DNA of 63,922 nt, filler included, from Octopus bimaculoides (Eukaryota): the NCBI RefSeq assembly GCF_001194135.2. It is 9 parts of 8 records of this genome, joined end to end, with 100 filler letters (N's around TTAATTAATTAA, not from the genome) between each part and the next. Parts side by side here need not be neighbours in the genome. Positions count along the whole stretch, not along the records: positions 7,386 to 17,539 come from NC_068987.1; positions 17,640 to 28,363 come from NC_068983.1; 7 more parts are not named here. The stretch is one strand, 5' to 3'. Under the pieces are notes generated by a model. It saw only the letters and a program-made list of their open reading frames with translations, searched no databases and was not told the origin of the DNA. This document shows positions 13,131 through 24,635 of the stretch, piece after piece. Position 1 is the first letter of the stretch. Every line of letters starts with the position of its first letter. The position numbers and the translations under genes were made by a program.

Positions 13131-13689
13131 GAGTAATATGGATTAACCAAGATTACATGTAGTTTATTAAGAACGATACGTAGATGTGTAAAGTAAAAGG
13201 TTTCGTGATGTCTAATAGTTACGGATTATACGTATGGTTTTAAGATATTCAATGCAGGAGCCTGGCAAGGTAATGTATAAAGTGCTAGAGATATAAAGAT
13301 ATAATGCCTTATAAGAATAACTAAAAGATTAGTATGGGCATAACGAGTTACAAAATGGAGGTAGGTTGCAAAATGGATAATAAAAAACGGACACCTGAAA
13401 ATTTAGGAAAATCGGTAAAGAATGATAGTTTCAAGTTGTTTGTAAGTGCATGAGAGAGTCAGTCTAGAAGCGGATTTACAGAAAGTAAATGGTAAAATGA
13501 TAAAAAGACTGAGGCGGAAGGGATTACCTGTTCAGTAAAAAGCAAACTTTGATTCAATGTAAGGCTGTATTGAAATGTATATTATTATACCAAAAGCAGT
13601 GTGGGGTGTCGGGGGCCGACCTGCGTAGGGTATGGTGATTACAAATATATATTTTATGTGGGAGTAAATTAAAGGTTGGTAATGTTAAA

Positions 13690-13900
13690 AAGGTTTAAGT
13701 ATATAACACGCGTGAGGGCGCATGTATCGGCCTTTGCCTTTCCCTTAGATAACATCGGTGGCGTGGAGAAGGGAGGCTGGTATGCATGGGTGACTGCTGG
13801 TCTTCCATAAACAACCTTGCCCGCCCTTGTGTCTTGTGGGGGTGGTGGGACTTTCTAGATGCAATTCCATGATCATTCATGACCGAAGGGTGTCTTTACC
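13690..13900 (+). mobile_element. SINE 3' body/tail (family G)
   Basis: GC-richer block (ggtatgcatgggtgactgctggtcttccataaacaaccttgccc...gatcattcatgaccgaaggg) resembling a repeat I recall from octopus. Single copy here. Confidence 0.5.
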
Positions 13901-14078
13901 CTCTACCATACGAAATGCCCTCTGAATGCTTGTTGAGGGCAGCGATTGTTGGTGAAAAGTATTTGTATGCTTTCGGCAGTGCAGAGGTTGCAGCATCCAT
14001 TTCTATTAGAGTATGAACTCGTCTTAGATAGCATCTTTTATATCATGTAGTAATCTTTCTTCACTCTTCGTCTTGCAG

Positions 14079-14120
14079 ATGTAGCTGGGCATCGAAATGA
14101 GTGGCTTTTGGAATGTATAG
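14079..14120 (+). CDS. Candidate 42-bp internal exon, phase 1-1: (D)VAGHRNEWLLECI
   Basis: Long pyrimidine tract atctttcttcactcttcgtcttgcag| and consensus donor AG|gtatgt. Frame-preserving length, open in phase 1. No protein recognised. Confidence 0.4.
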
Positions 14121-14949
14121 GTATGTTAACTGAAATGTTGAATAGATTAAAAGTCTAATGCATAAGTCGGTGGAATGATTGATGCGTTCTGTACATTGGT
14201 AAGCGATAATTTTCGCACAACAATGGTAAGTTATGGGTCAAGAGTTGAGTGGTAGTTAATTACAATAATTGAGAAATAGGTCAGTGTTAGTTTACAGCGT
14301 TTGAAGGTAGCGAGAGTTTGGTAATAATTATACTGTAGTGAGAATTTTTTTTTTTTAGTAGTTTAAAGAAAAACTTTGCTATGAATGTGACTTTAAACGG
14401 AGAATTAAACCAATATTTATTTTCCGATATCTGTTTTTAATTCTATGGTTAACTGATCTGGTTGGCTCTTCTATGTGTTTACTCTTTTTAAAGGAATCCA
14501 CTTTTATAGAGATTCGTTGTAAAATGTTATAAAATTTGTTATGGAAACAGTTAAGCTTATTTTGTGAACGTTAACGTCTTTATACTCAACCTACTGTCGT
14601 TAGTTATTTAGACCTGCTTGCGTTCGGCTCTTCTCAATGCAATATCTATACTTTATTCCTTCACTAGAGTATTTGTTTCAGAAGCCCAAAGTGATATGTC
14701 ACCCTTTGAAATATTTCCCTCTGTTTCATGTCTGCTTAATCCCATATAGATAACGCAAGAATTCTCACTCTCTGATACTTTCAATCTATGTTACTTAATA
14801 CCTGAACTAATCATTTCGTTGTTTCCTTCACTATTTGTATTGAATGCACATTTTTTATACAAGAATTCTTCGCAACTCAGTTTTAGACTTCACTGTTTTC
14901 CAATAATTTTCCATTATATATATAGATATAGGTAGATAGATAGATAGAT

Positions 14950-15042
<93 letters not shown>

Positions 15043-15986
15043 AAGAAACAGAGACAGAGAGAGATGTGGATGGGTGTGTGTGAGCTCTCTTTTGATTTTA
15101 ATTAAGTTCTTCCCCTGAAGGAGCTGGTTTATAAAAAAAACTACAAAAATCCATCATTGGATTGCAATATTCTTTTAAAGAACTGTTTTTCTCAACGTAG
15201 ATAGTAATTCTAAACTTCGCCATTTTTCAATAATTTTTTTTCAGCGTATTTCTGTTGATGATTTCTATGGAATGGACAAGAGGCAACCCTCACATTCTTT
15301 TCTGTCGCTTAACTCTTATATCTAATGACCAACATTAAACAGTTTGTCTTTTAAACTCCGGCTTGGGACTTAAAGTGCTACAACTTTAAATTAACCTACA
15401 ATTCACGACTAATTGTATCATCAAATATTCCATCTTAATTGTTTGAAACTTATTGATTTATTTTCTTCCCTCTTTCATTCAAAATGATTTTTATGAATGT
15501 ACGGACAAGATTTTTTTAATTAGTTTTGAAGACATCAAGATGATCGAAACAATTCTATGGGTTTTTAAACTAATGCACAGATTTTGCACGCACACACACA
15601 GACGCATATATACACACACCCACACAAACCCGAACACAAACGCACATGCACACATATATATCGGTTGACAGATTGATAGATATAGCTGTAGAAACAGCTA
15701 TATATACATTTGCATATGTGCACGTAATAATATGTGTATATAAATATATGTTTGTGTGTGTGTGTGTATGTCTGTGTCTCTGTGTGTATGTCTGTGTGTC
15801 GGAGTCTGTGTGCGTCTGTCTGTGTGTCTATCTGTGTGTATGTCTCGGTGTGTCCATGTTTGTGTGTGTGTCTGTGACTATGTATGTGTCTGAGTATGTC
15901 TGTCTGTATATGTATGTGTGTGCATGTGTGTGCGTGTTTGCGTGTGTATGTATGTGTGTGTATATGTGTGTGTATGTGTGTTTGTA

Positions 15987-16019
<33 letters not shown>

Positions 16020-16220
16020 CCTCTTCTGTTTCTAATTATTTAAGTTCTTCCTTTAAAGAAGGAGCCGATCTATTTCATCTCAATCACAGATTTTTAATCA
16101 ATTTTTTTTTAACAGTTTTAAACTTGAACGTTTTGGACAAAATTTTGTATTTTAAAAGTTACTTCGTGTTAAAGTTGCTGTATTTGGGTAATTTCAACCA
16201 ATCAACGACGTGTATTTTAT

Positions 16221-17127
16221 AGGTGGTGCCTTCGCTGCAAGAGCAGCGAAGGCACCACCTATGAAATTTCGACCTTGGCCAATGACCGATAGTTCATGGT
16301 CTAGAATACACATAGACTTCGCAGGACCGTTAAACTGATCATATTATCTAATAGAAGTGGATAGCTATACAAAATGGCCAGAAATGTGTAAATATATCAA
16401 ACCAACATCCACGGTAACAGTCGAATTTCTACACGAACTTATAGCTAGGTATGGTGTCCCACATACCATAGCCTCTGATAACGGTACACAGTTCACGGCG
16501 ATTGAATTTAAGAATTTTTGCAAGATGTACTCAATTGAACATATTACTACTCCTCCGTATCAGCCAAGATCTAACGTGCAAGCGGAAAGGTTCGTGGATA
16601 CATTTAAAAGAGCATTAAAGAAATCAAGAAACGTGCCAGTCGATGACGCAGCATTGACGCAATTCTTTAGAGTTTATAGGATAACACCAAACACAAACGC
16701 TTTTTCAGGCAAGTCACATGTGGAATTAATGTTTGCTCAAAAAATAAAGTCAATTTTCGACAAGCTGCTACCATCAACAAAAACAAATAGGGAAAACAAT
16801 GAAAATACGAGAACGTTTTATGATATCGGTGACAAGGTGTTTTTCAGATTATGTAAAAATGGAAGAGAAGGTTGGGAAGACGGACTAGTAACAAAAAGAA
16901 TAGGTAAAATGACATATGATAAGAGGCGAAAAATGGGAACACAAAAGACATATAGATATACGGAAAATGAAAAGAAGTGTTCTATGACACCTTTGATGTT
17001 CCAAAGCCACAAGAAATCGAGCCTAGGTAGAGTAGCACAAGAAAGAGGAAACAAGACGGTTGGAAGTAATGCCAAAACGGAAGAAATATTAAACTTCCCT
17101 AGGAAGAAAATCTCAAAAAAGATGTGA
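16221..17127 (+). mobile_element. Ty3/Gypsy integrase remnant
   Basis: WSRIHIDFAGPLN*SYYLIEVDSYTKWPE...IASDNGTQF...TTPPYQPRSNVQAERFVDTFKRALKK. DDE core with one stop and a frameshifted C-terminus. Confidence 0.95.
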
Positions 17128-17188
17128 TGAACGAAAAATAAATAAAAATAATATTAACTTCCAATGGAAGTCAATCTCAAAGGAGAGA

Positions 17189-17429
17189 TGTGATAGCGAG
17201 AGTCATTGACACCCCTGGAGGATTGGAGAATGGACTAGCTCGACTCTTATAAAGAATAGTAGTCGGTAGTAGTGAGGAAGCGTTTAAGTAGTCTTGGGAT
17301 GTATGTCATGTGAACACATTGATTACACCTCCTCTGCATAATTTATATATACCAACGTGTGTGGCAGGATATAAAACAGACTTAAATATAATCACTAAGG
17401 TCGAATTCTTATGATAAAATCTTTCAGCA
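17189..17429 (+). mobile_element. Putative 3' LTR of the Gypsy element
   Basis: Polypurine tract aaaggagaga (17179-17188) directly precedes TG. Tentative CA end at ...ctttcagca. No second LTR in the window to confirm the end. Confidence 0.6.
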
Positions 17430-17482
17430 TGAATGCAGCCCACTTACTGAAACATTGCAAACGAATTATGGAATAAGATATG

Positions 17483-17539
<57 letters not shown>

Positions 17540-17639
17540 NNNNNNNNNNNNNNNNNNNNNNNNNNNNNNNNNNNNNNNNNNNNTTAATTAATTAANNNNN
17601 NNNNNNNNNNNNNNNNNNNNNNNNNNNNNNNNNNNNNNN

Positions 17640-18945
17640 GTCTCTGGTTTCTTTTGGCCCAAACATAGACAGCTCTATTATGCTGTGATCCGAAACAAAT
17701 GTCGACGTCACTTTCACATCATGAATGATGTCCGTATTGTTCGTGAAGCAGAGATCTAGAATGTTATTCGCTCTAGTTGGTCTGAGAAGTTTGCTCCATG
17801 AATAGGGCATTGGTGAGGTTGAGCAGGCATTCCACCTGTGCTTGCTTGCGATAAGTCATTCCTGAGAGTATGAGACCTTCGGGCCATTTGACGTTGGGGA
17901 AGTTGAAATCACCCATAAGAAATATGGTCACATGGTGTTCCAGTTTCATGAGGATTTCTTTATTTCTAGTGAGGCAATCTTCAAATTTGCCTATGTGGTT
18001 TGAAGCATCCGGTGGGCAATATGCATTGCATATGACTATATTATGTTGTCTTATGTACACAACTAGGGTGTCGCATACCGAATTTGAGTATGACAGTAAG
18101 ACCTGGGGTCGTCACGGATGTATACAGCAACTCCACCATGGCTCCTTTCCCTTCTGTCTGTTCGCAGTATGACATATTTTGGTACGTGTACTTCTGCATC
18201 CTCTATATCAGGGCTGATGTGAGTTTCCACGAGTGCTATGTATATGGCTTGATTGTATGCAGCAAGGTCTCTCAGGAAAGAAATTTTGCTTTTATTATTA
18301 TAATGCAACAGGCCCCCAATATTTAGTAAAAATATTGGCGTGATGCCTGTGCAGGCGTTAGGGGAGGCCATCCCATGTCTGTTGGCTGTGGTGGTCTTGC
18401 GCAGTGGGGGGGGCAAGGTTCCTCGTCTGTGCTTGGCGTAGCCACGTCAGCTGCTGCATAATCTTTTGCGCCATGCACAAAAAAGACTCTTGCTCAGCTG
18501 CTGCGTTGCGTATGATTTCTGAAGAGCGCACGTCCTTGAATTTTCTCCTTGCGGACACCTGTCGTCTTTCCTCAGGGACGTTTTTATCCTTTAAACCTTT
18601 AAACATTTGTAGTTTTGGCGGGGTGTCGGGTGGGCAAACCGGCAGTTTTTGCCGTCTTCCCCATGCCAACATTTGCCCTGCCAGATTTCTTCTTTCCTTT
18701 GGTGTCTTGGATGGCATTGTATCCACCTTGCGATTTTCTACTTTTTGTTCTTCCTTTTCTTGTGGGTACTGTTTTCCACCGGTTATCTATTGGGGTGAGG
18801 GCTCCTTTCCTTTGTAGGACCACTGGAACAGAGGGGCTTCTATTTGCTGCTTCCTTGGCTCCACTATCCTTTTCTGCCTGGTTGTTCATAGGAGTGGGTG
18901 ATCCATTCTTTTGAGGAGTCACTGGGTCAGAGAGACTTCCGGGTG
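17640..18945 (-). mobile_element. CR1/L2-group LINE 5' part: ORF1 remnant plus apurinic endonuclease (frameshifted)
   Basis: IFLLNIGGL...IALVETH...RTDR...GGVAVYIR; NAYCPPD; FLMGDFNFP; PTRANNILDLCFTN; FVSDHSII. These are the canonical APE motifs. Confidence 0.93.
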
Positions 18946-21538
18946 TNNNNNNNNNNNNNNNNNNNNNNNNNNNNNNNNNNNNNNNNNNNNNNNNNNNNNN
19001 NNNNNNNNNNNNNNNNNNNNNNNNNNNNNNNNNNNNNNNNNNNNNNNNNNNNNNNNNNNNNNNNNNNNNNNNNNNNNNNNNNNNNNNNNNNNNNNNNNNN
19101 NNNNNNNNNNNNNNNNNNNNNNNNNNNNNNNNNNNNNNNNNNNNNNNNNNNNNNNNNNNNNNNNNNNNNNNNNNNNNNNNNNNNNNNNNNNNNNNNNNNN
19201 NNNNNNNNNNNNNNNNNNNNNNNNNNNNNNNNNNNNNNNNNNNNNNNNNNNNNNNNNNNNNNNNNNNNNNNNNNNNNNNNNNNNNNNNNNNNNNNNNNNN
19301 NNNNNNNNNNNNNNNNNNNNNNNNNNNNNNNNNNNNNNNNNNNNNNNNNNNNNNNNNNNNNNNNNNNNNNNNNNNNNNNNNNNNNNNNNNNNNNNNNNNN
19401 NNNNNNNNNNNNNNNNNNNNNTATAATAGGACATCTAACCCGCTAGAAAGAGCAGCAAAAGACTACACACCACAAAATTAGGGATAATTTCGAAAGGGAA
19501 TGAAAAATAAAAACATTTACCAATCTATATTCTGTACCATGGTTTCAAGTCAATTTTAGTAAGATAAAAATTATATATCTTACAAAGGTCGGACTATCAT
19601 CAGCAGAATGACCAGACAACATATGAAGCACGAGTCAATAGGGAGCATGTTTCGTGTTTCTATGTCTATTTTTTCAAATTTACCGCGTATTTGCGGTTTA
19701 CCTAATCGGCAGCAAATACAAAAATGCCGATTTTCTTTCAGAAATTAGCCAAAAAAAATTTTTTATCATTATTAATAAATTATAGGGTAGCAAAAAAAGT
19801 TTTTGGAAATTTTATTTACCACCAGTGGTCCAGCGAGAGTAAGAAACAGTCAATAGACTATGTATTATTCATTTAACATTATATATTTTATGCACAATTT
19901 TATAGACTTAATACACAGCACTCATAAGATAAATGTTCACTCTTAGTTGTTATTTTTCCATTTTTCCCATTAAGAGAAACAATTACATTTTAAAATTTAC
20001 TTCGTCACAATTTCATGTCCAGAAAAGGAAAATCTTATAGTAAAAAAAATTATTTCATATGTAAAATATAGGGGGTTACAATTTCACAGGAGTAAACATT
20101 TAATGCAACACGGCATACTCTGAAAACCACATCGTTGGAAACTTATAAGCCAAACCGTTAATTTATAGTTCCTTATCTTTATTTGCACATTGTGAGTATT
20201 GAATTCTCTAATTAAAGAAGTCACATCTGGTTTCCCACATCACCTTCAGGTAACAGACACACTTCTCGTATAGAACTGTCAATACCATTTTCATTTAAAT
20301 GGCGATGATTAGAAAATGTCAACTTTGACAGATGTAGTAACCGTTTCTAAAAGACTATCGAGGAAGAAATAGGATTTTTTCAGAAACATTTGGTGCAGTA
20401 TTTCAGAAACATTCACCGATATCTATGCAACTATGAACAAAACACACGCTACTACTAAGAATTAAGAAAACAACCCAAATCGCCAATCAATACAAAACCG
20501 TAACTGGGTTAAAGTTCTGGAACATGACTCGTAAAATGTCAACGCCAACTGCACAATTGCTCCCATAGTACTGCCAACAGCAGCGATACGATGTGGTGAA
20601 AATAGCTACATTACCTCGCTTCCATGCCAAAGTAAAGTACATCACTAAGACACTAGGGAAAATGAGAGGAACAGTAGCCGAATGATTAGCACCAAAAAAA
20701 TGGCAAGAACTGCGGATAGCAGATTTATAATTAAGTTAGTGCAGGAAATTATCATCGCCATCTTTGAAAGAGTTCTAAAAAGAACAACACTAACTGTAGC
20801 ACAAATCACACATATGCACACCTATCCATACATGAAGAAGTTTGCAGCTCTCTGGTTTTCCCCCAAATGACGAAATATTTGCAGACGAGACAGGAGAATG
20901 GTAGTGTTTTGTTTGGGGATCAAGGTAATAAAAGCAAATGATAAATGACAGAAAGAAAGGCGACACGGCACGGTGAAGCGTAAGATGACCAATCACCCAT
21001 CAGCATATCCACGACAACTACATGAAGAAAAATGTTCAGAATTACAGTCGTATAGTCAACAATATGAAAGCGCACAACAAAACATCAAAAGAAGCAGCAA
21101 AACCCACCAAAAATTAAGAACCTCGATATCAACATTACAAACAGTAAAAAAAAAAAAGAAAAACTCAAGCATACAGAACGCAAACTCTACATGAAAATTT
21201 ATACATGCAAAATAAAGTCAAAGCGTAACGTATCAAGAGAATTATTCACAAACCTACGTAGTGACGTATTTTCGTAAAATAGACAAATATAGCCTTTCGT
21301 TGGAATATTTTACAGTCCATCTTTCTGAAGAATAGACCCGATTACTTCCGTTATACAAGACAAATATAAATGGGCATTCACGTTTTCCATCTCCCAACTA
21401 AAAGAGCTGTATTTATAGGAGATATAAAAGTATGGGGACGGGAGTCATCTTGAAAGTGAGGTTACATGTTGAACAATCCATGTTCAATACTAAATGTAGA
21501 AGCAATGTACGAAACTAAAATTTATATTCTATTTTAAT

Positions 21539-21656
21539 CTAGGCACAAGGCCTGAAATCTTGGGGGAGCGGGGCCAGTCGATCAGATCGACCCCAGTACG
21601 CAAATGGTAATTAATTTATCGACCCCGAAAGGATGAAAGGCAAAGTCGATCTCGGT
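21539..21656 (-). mobile_element. SINE family D, partial
   Basis: tcgaccccagtacgc...aatttatcgaccccgaaaggatgaaaggcaaagtcga on the + strand. Confidence 0.85.
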
Positions 21657-21876
21657 ATTTTATTCCTCTTTTGGTTATTTTATATATTCTGCCCTTCACA
21701 CCATCCTACATTACCTCCCATCGCTGATGTTTCTGTCATTATTATATATTATAGGCAAATGACATGACAGTTTCCTTTTATCGTTCTAAATAAGATTTGG
21801 AAAGACAGACCTGATAAATTATTAGAATATTGGTATAAGTTGTCAGCTAGTAAGTGTGTGTGTGGGTGTGTGGGTG

Positions 21877-21910
<34 letters not shown>

Positions 21911-21912
21911 CG

Positions 21913-21993
<81 letters not shown>

Positions 21994-22499
21994 ATGTAAA
22001 CATGATTGAAATGAAAGAAAATCATCACGACTAAGGTATTGTTCAAAATTTTAAGTGATTCTCTCAAGTGATGGTTTTCAGATAATACGAAAATAGACAA
22101 TTATAATAACAAATCAACAAGTATAGCAACAAAATGTTTAATTAGATACTTACTTATCAAATTACAATTAAGAAACAAAAAAACGTTAACAATGTTTTTT
22201 AATTGAATATGTTTTTGTCGTCATCCAATATTTGTCTCCATACCATTTATCTTATAATTGTCATATCTAACTTGATCCTTTTTTGTGCGATTTAAGTTTT
22301 GAAGCTTATTTTGTGTATGTACGTGTTTTCACAGTTAACATTGTTAACACTAACAGGTGAGCGAGGCATCGGCATTAGATTTCTCATTCTTCGTGATAAC
22401 AACGATTTAATATTCGTTTTTAATATTCAATAGAAGTATTATATCAAGAACATTATGATTCATTCTCGATACCACTAGTGTTCTATCATGCAACGTTAG

Positions 22500-22530
<31 letters not shown>

Positions 22531-22674
22531 CCTCTCTCTCTCTCTCTCTTTCTATCTATCTATCTTTCTATCTATGTATCTCTCCCACTCTCAATTTCTC
22601 TCTCTATCGCTATCTCTCTCCTGGTCTTCTATCATAGCTTAACTGCTGGTAATATTGTTAGGTGGGGAGAAGTG

Positions 22675-22890
22675 AGGCGAGCTGGCAGAATCATTAGCAC
22701 GCCAGGCATAATGCTTAGCGGTATTTCGTCCATCTGTACGTCCTGAGTTCAAATTCCGCCGAGGCTGAATTTGCTTTTAATAATTTCGGGGTTGATGAGA
22801 TAAGTACCAGTTGAATACTAGACTCAATGTAATCCACTATCCCCCTCCCACGAAACTGCTGATTTGTGTGAAAATTTAAAGTCAATATTG
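22675..22890 (+). mobile_element. SINE family D
   Basis: ggcgagctggcagaatcattagcacgcc...ctgagttcaaattccgccgagg... Confidence 0.88.
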
Positions 22891-23212
22891 TTTGGGAAAG
22901 TCAGGCAGCAGGTGACCCTCCCAACTGAGGATTTTCCTTTACAAAATTTACTAGATTCAGAGTTTCAAGCAACACAATGTTTATCAAAATAGACGCGATC
23001 TCATTGCCTTAGCAAGTTATGCATGAAATTTAAAACAGTAATTCTGAGCTTTTGTATCTTTTTAAAGAAGTTTCTCTGTATGTTTTTCTTAAAAAGCTAT
23101 TCTTTTTAACTTTGACTCTAGCTTGAATATGGTTGACGTAAGGTAAGTTGAAGGGTTAGCAATATTAATCTTGCATACAAGGTTACACTTACAAATTGCT
23201 TTCATAATGAAA

Positions 23213-23992
23213 TTAAAGAGTTTCTTTGAAATTGATATCAAAAGACTTCCTTAGTTTGTGAATTCTAAAGAGATCAGCCATAAACTCCATTTTCAGTCTA
23301 TTTAACACCCAGTAATGTAAATAAGGGAAATGGAAATTTATGCAAGAGTATTTCTTCACACTTGTAATGTTGCCAAAGCCGAATGAATATTGTAGCATAA
23401 CTCTAGTGAATGTACTAAAAGAGCTTGGCACTACTTCATCAATTTTCGTATGAATCATTCTGTCAGACGTCATAGAATGCAATTTATGTGCTGCATTTTT
23501 ACAGATTAGTAGCAGTAAATATTTCATGGTTGTTATATTCATAGATCCGTTGTGGAAAATTAAACAGTTATGAACATATGCCCTTTTTGAAAATTCTTCA
23601 AAATAATAGACCTGAATATGCCATAGAATACTTGCATTTGTTAAGTACAAAGCACAAGCTTCCACAAGAACAGAAAGTATACATTGATTTAAGACATTTA
23701 TACTATCACATTTTTGCTTACGCATATTAACAAACACGGCCGATAATGTCATGAAATTAAATGCTTCCTTGAATATTTCTTTAAGCAGTCTGGGTGTTTA
23801 AAGAAATATTCAAATATGATCATCAGAATAAGCATCACCGATAATTTTATAAAAATAAACAATTACGCTTGGGTCTCGAACATGACATTGCTGCGCTATT
23901 TTGGAAATGAAACAGGTATTTCTTTTGATGTAAACTAGAGGGTCTAAACTTGTTATGCAAATTAGAATCTCCAGCAAAGAGCAGAATATCAA
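23213..23992 (-). pseudogene. Decayed non-repetitive reading frame of unknown origin (~260 codons, two in-frame stops)
   Basis: ORFs 23810-23992 and 23213-23752 share one frame. About 194 consecutive stop-free codons in roughly 30% GC, non-microsatellite sequence. No motif recognised. Confidence 0.5.
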
Positions 23993-24227
23993 TTCTGCTT
24001 TTTCAACTGTATGAACGGCAACAGGAGGAAGGATCCTGCATGTAATCGGTCACTTTAGATATCTGTTGCCCAAACCCAAGTAAGCTAAGGACTGTTTCAC
24101 ATCAAAAATATTCTAAGTGTGTCGAGAAGAGATAACGTTTCCAAACATATAGTTAGATTCGAGAGATACAAAAACGACTGAACAATGTTCAAAATATATA
24201 ATCAGAAATATTCAGAATGATACAGTA

Positions 24228-24635
24228 TTCTTTTGTTCTTATATTCTTTTATTTGTTTCAGTCATTTGACTGTGACCATGCTGGAGCATTGCCTTCAGTC
24301 GAACAGATCGACCTCAGGATTATTCTTTCTAAGCCTAGTACTTATTCTATCGAATTTTTTTTTTTTTGCTGAACCGCTATGTTACGTGGGCGTAAACACA
24401 CCAGCATCGGTTGTCACGCGATAGTAGGGGGGGGGACAAACACAGACACACAAACATATGTGTGTGGGTGTGTATACGACAGGCTTTTTCTGTTTCCGTG
24501 TACCAAATTCACTCTCAAGGATTTGGTTGGCCTGAGGCTATAGTAGAAGACATTTGCCCAAGGTGCCACGCAGTGGGACTGAACTCGGAACCATGTAGCT
24601 GGTAAGCAAGCTACGTACCACACAGCCACTCTTGC
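24228..24635 (-). mobile_element. SINE family B, full length
   Basis: Head (gcaagagtggctgtgtggtacgtagcttgcttaccag...gttccgagttcagtcccactgcgtggcacc) through tail (gactgaaacaaataaaagaat). Confidence 0.9.

Noticed and set aside
23240-23420. Faint resemblance of YLHYWVLNRLKMEF..LF to the telomerase T motif
   Set aside because: The invariant FFY.TE is absent and spacing to the upstream motifs is wrong.
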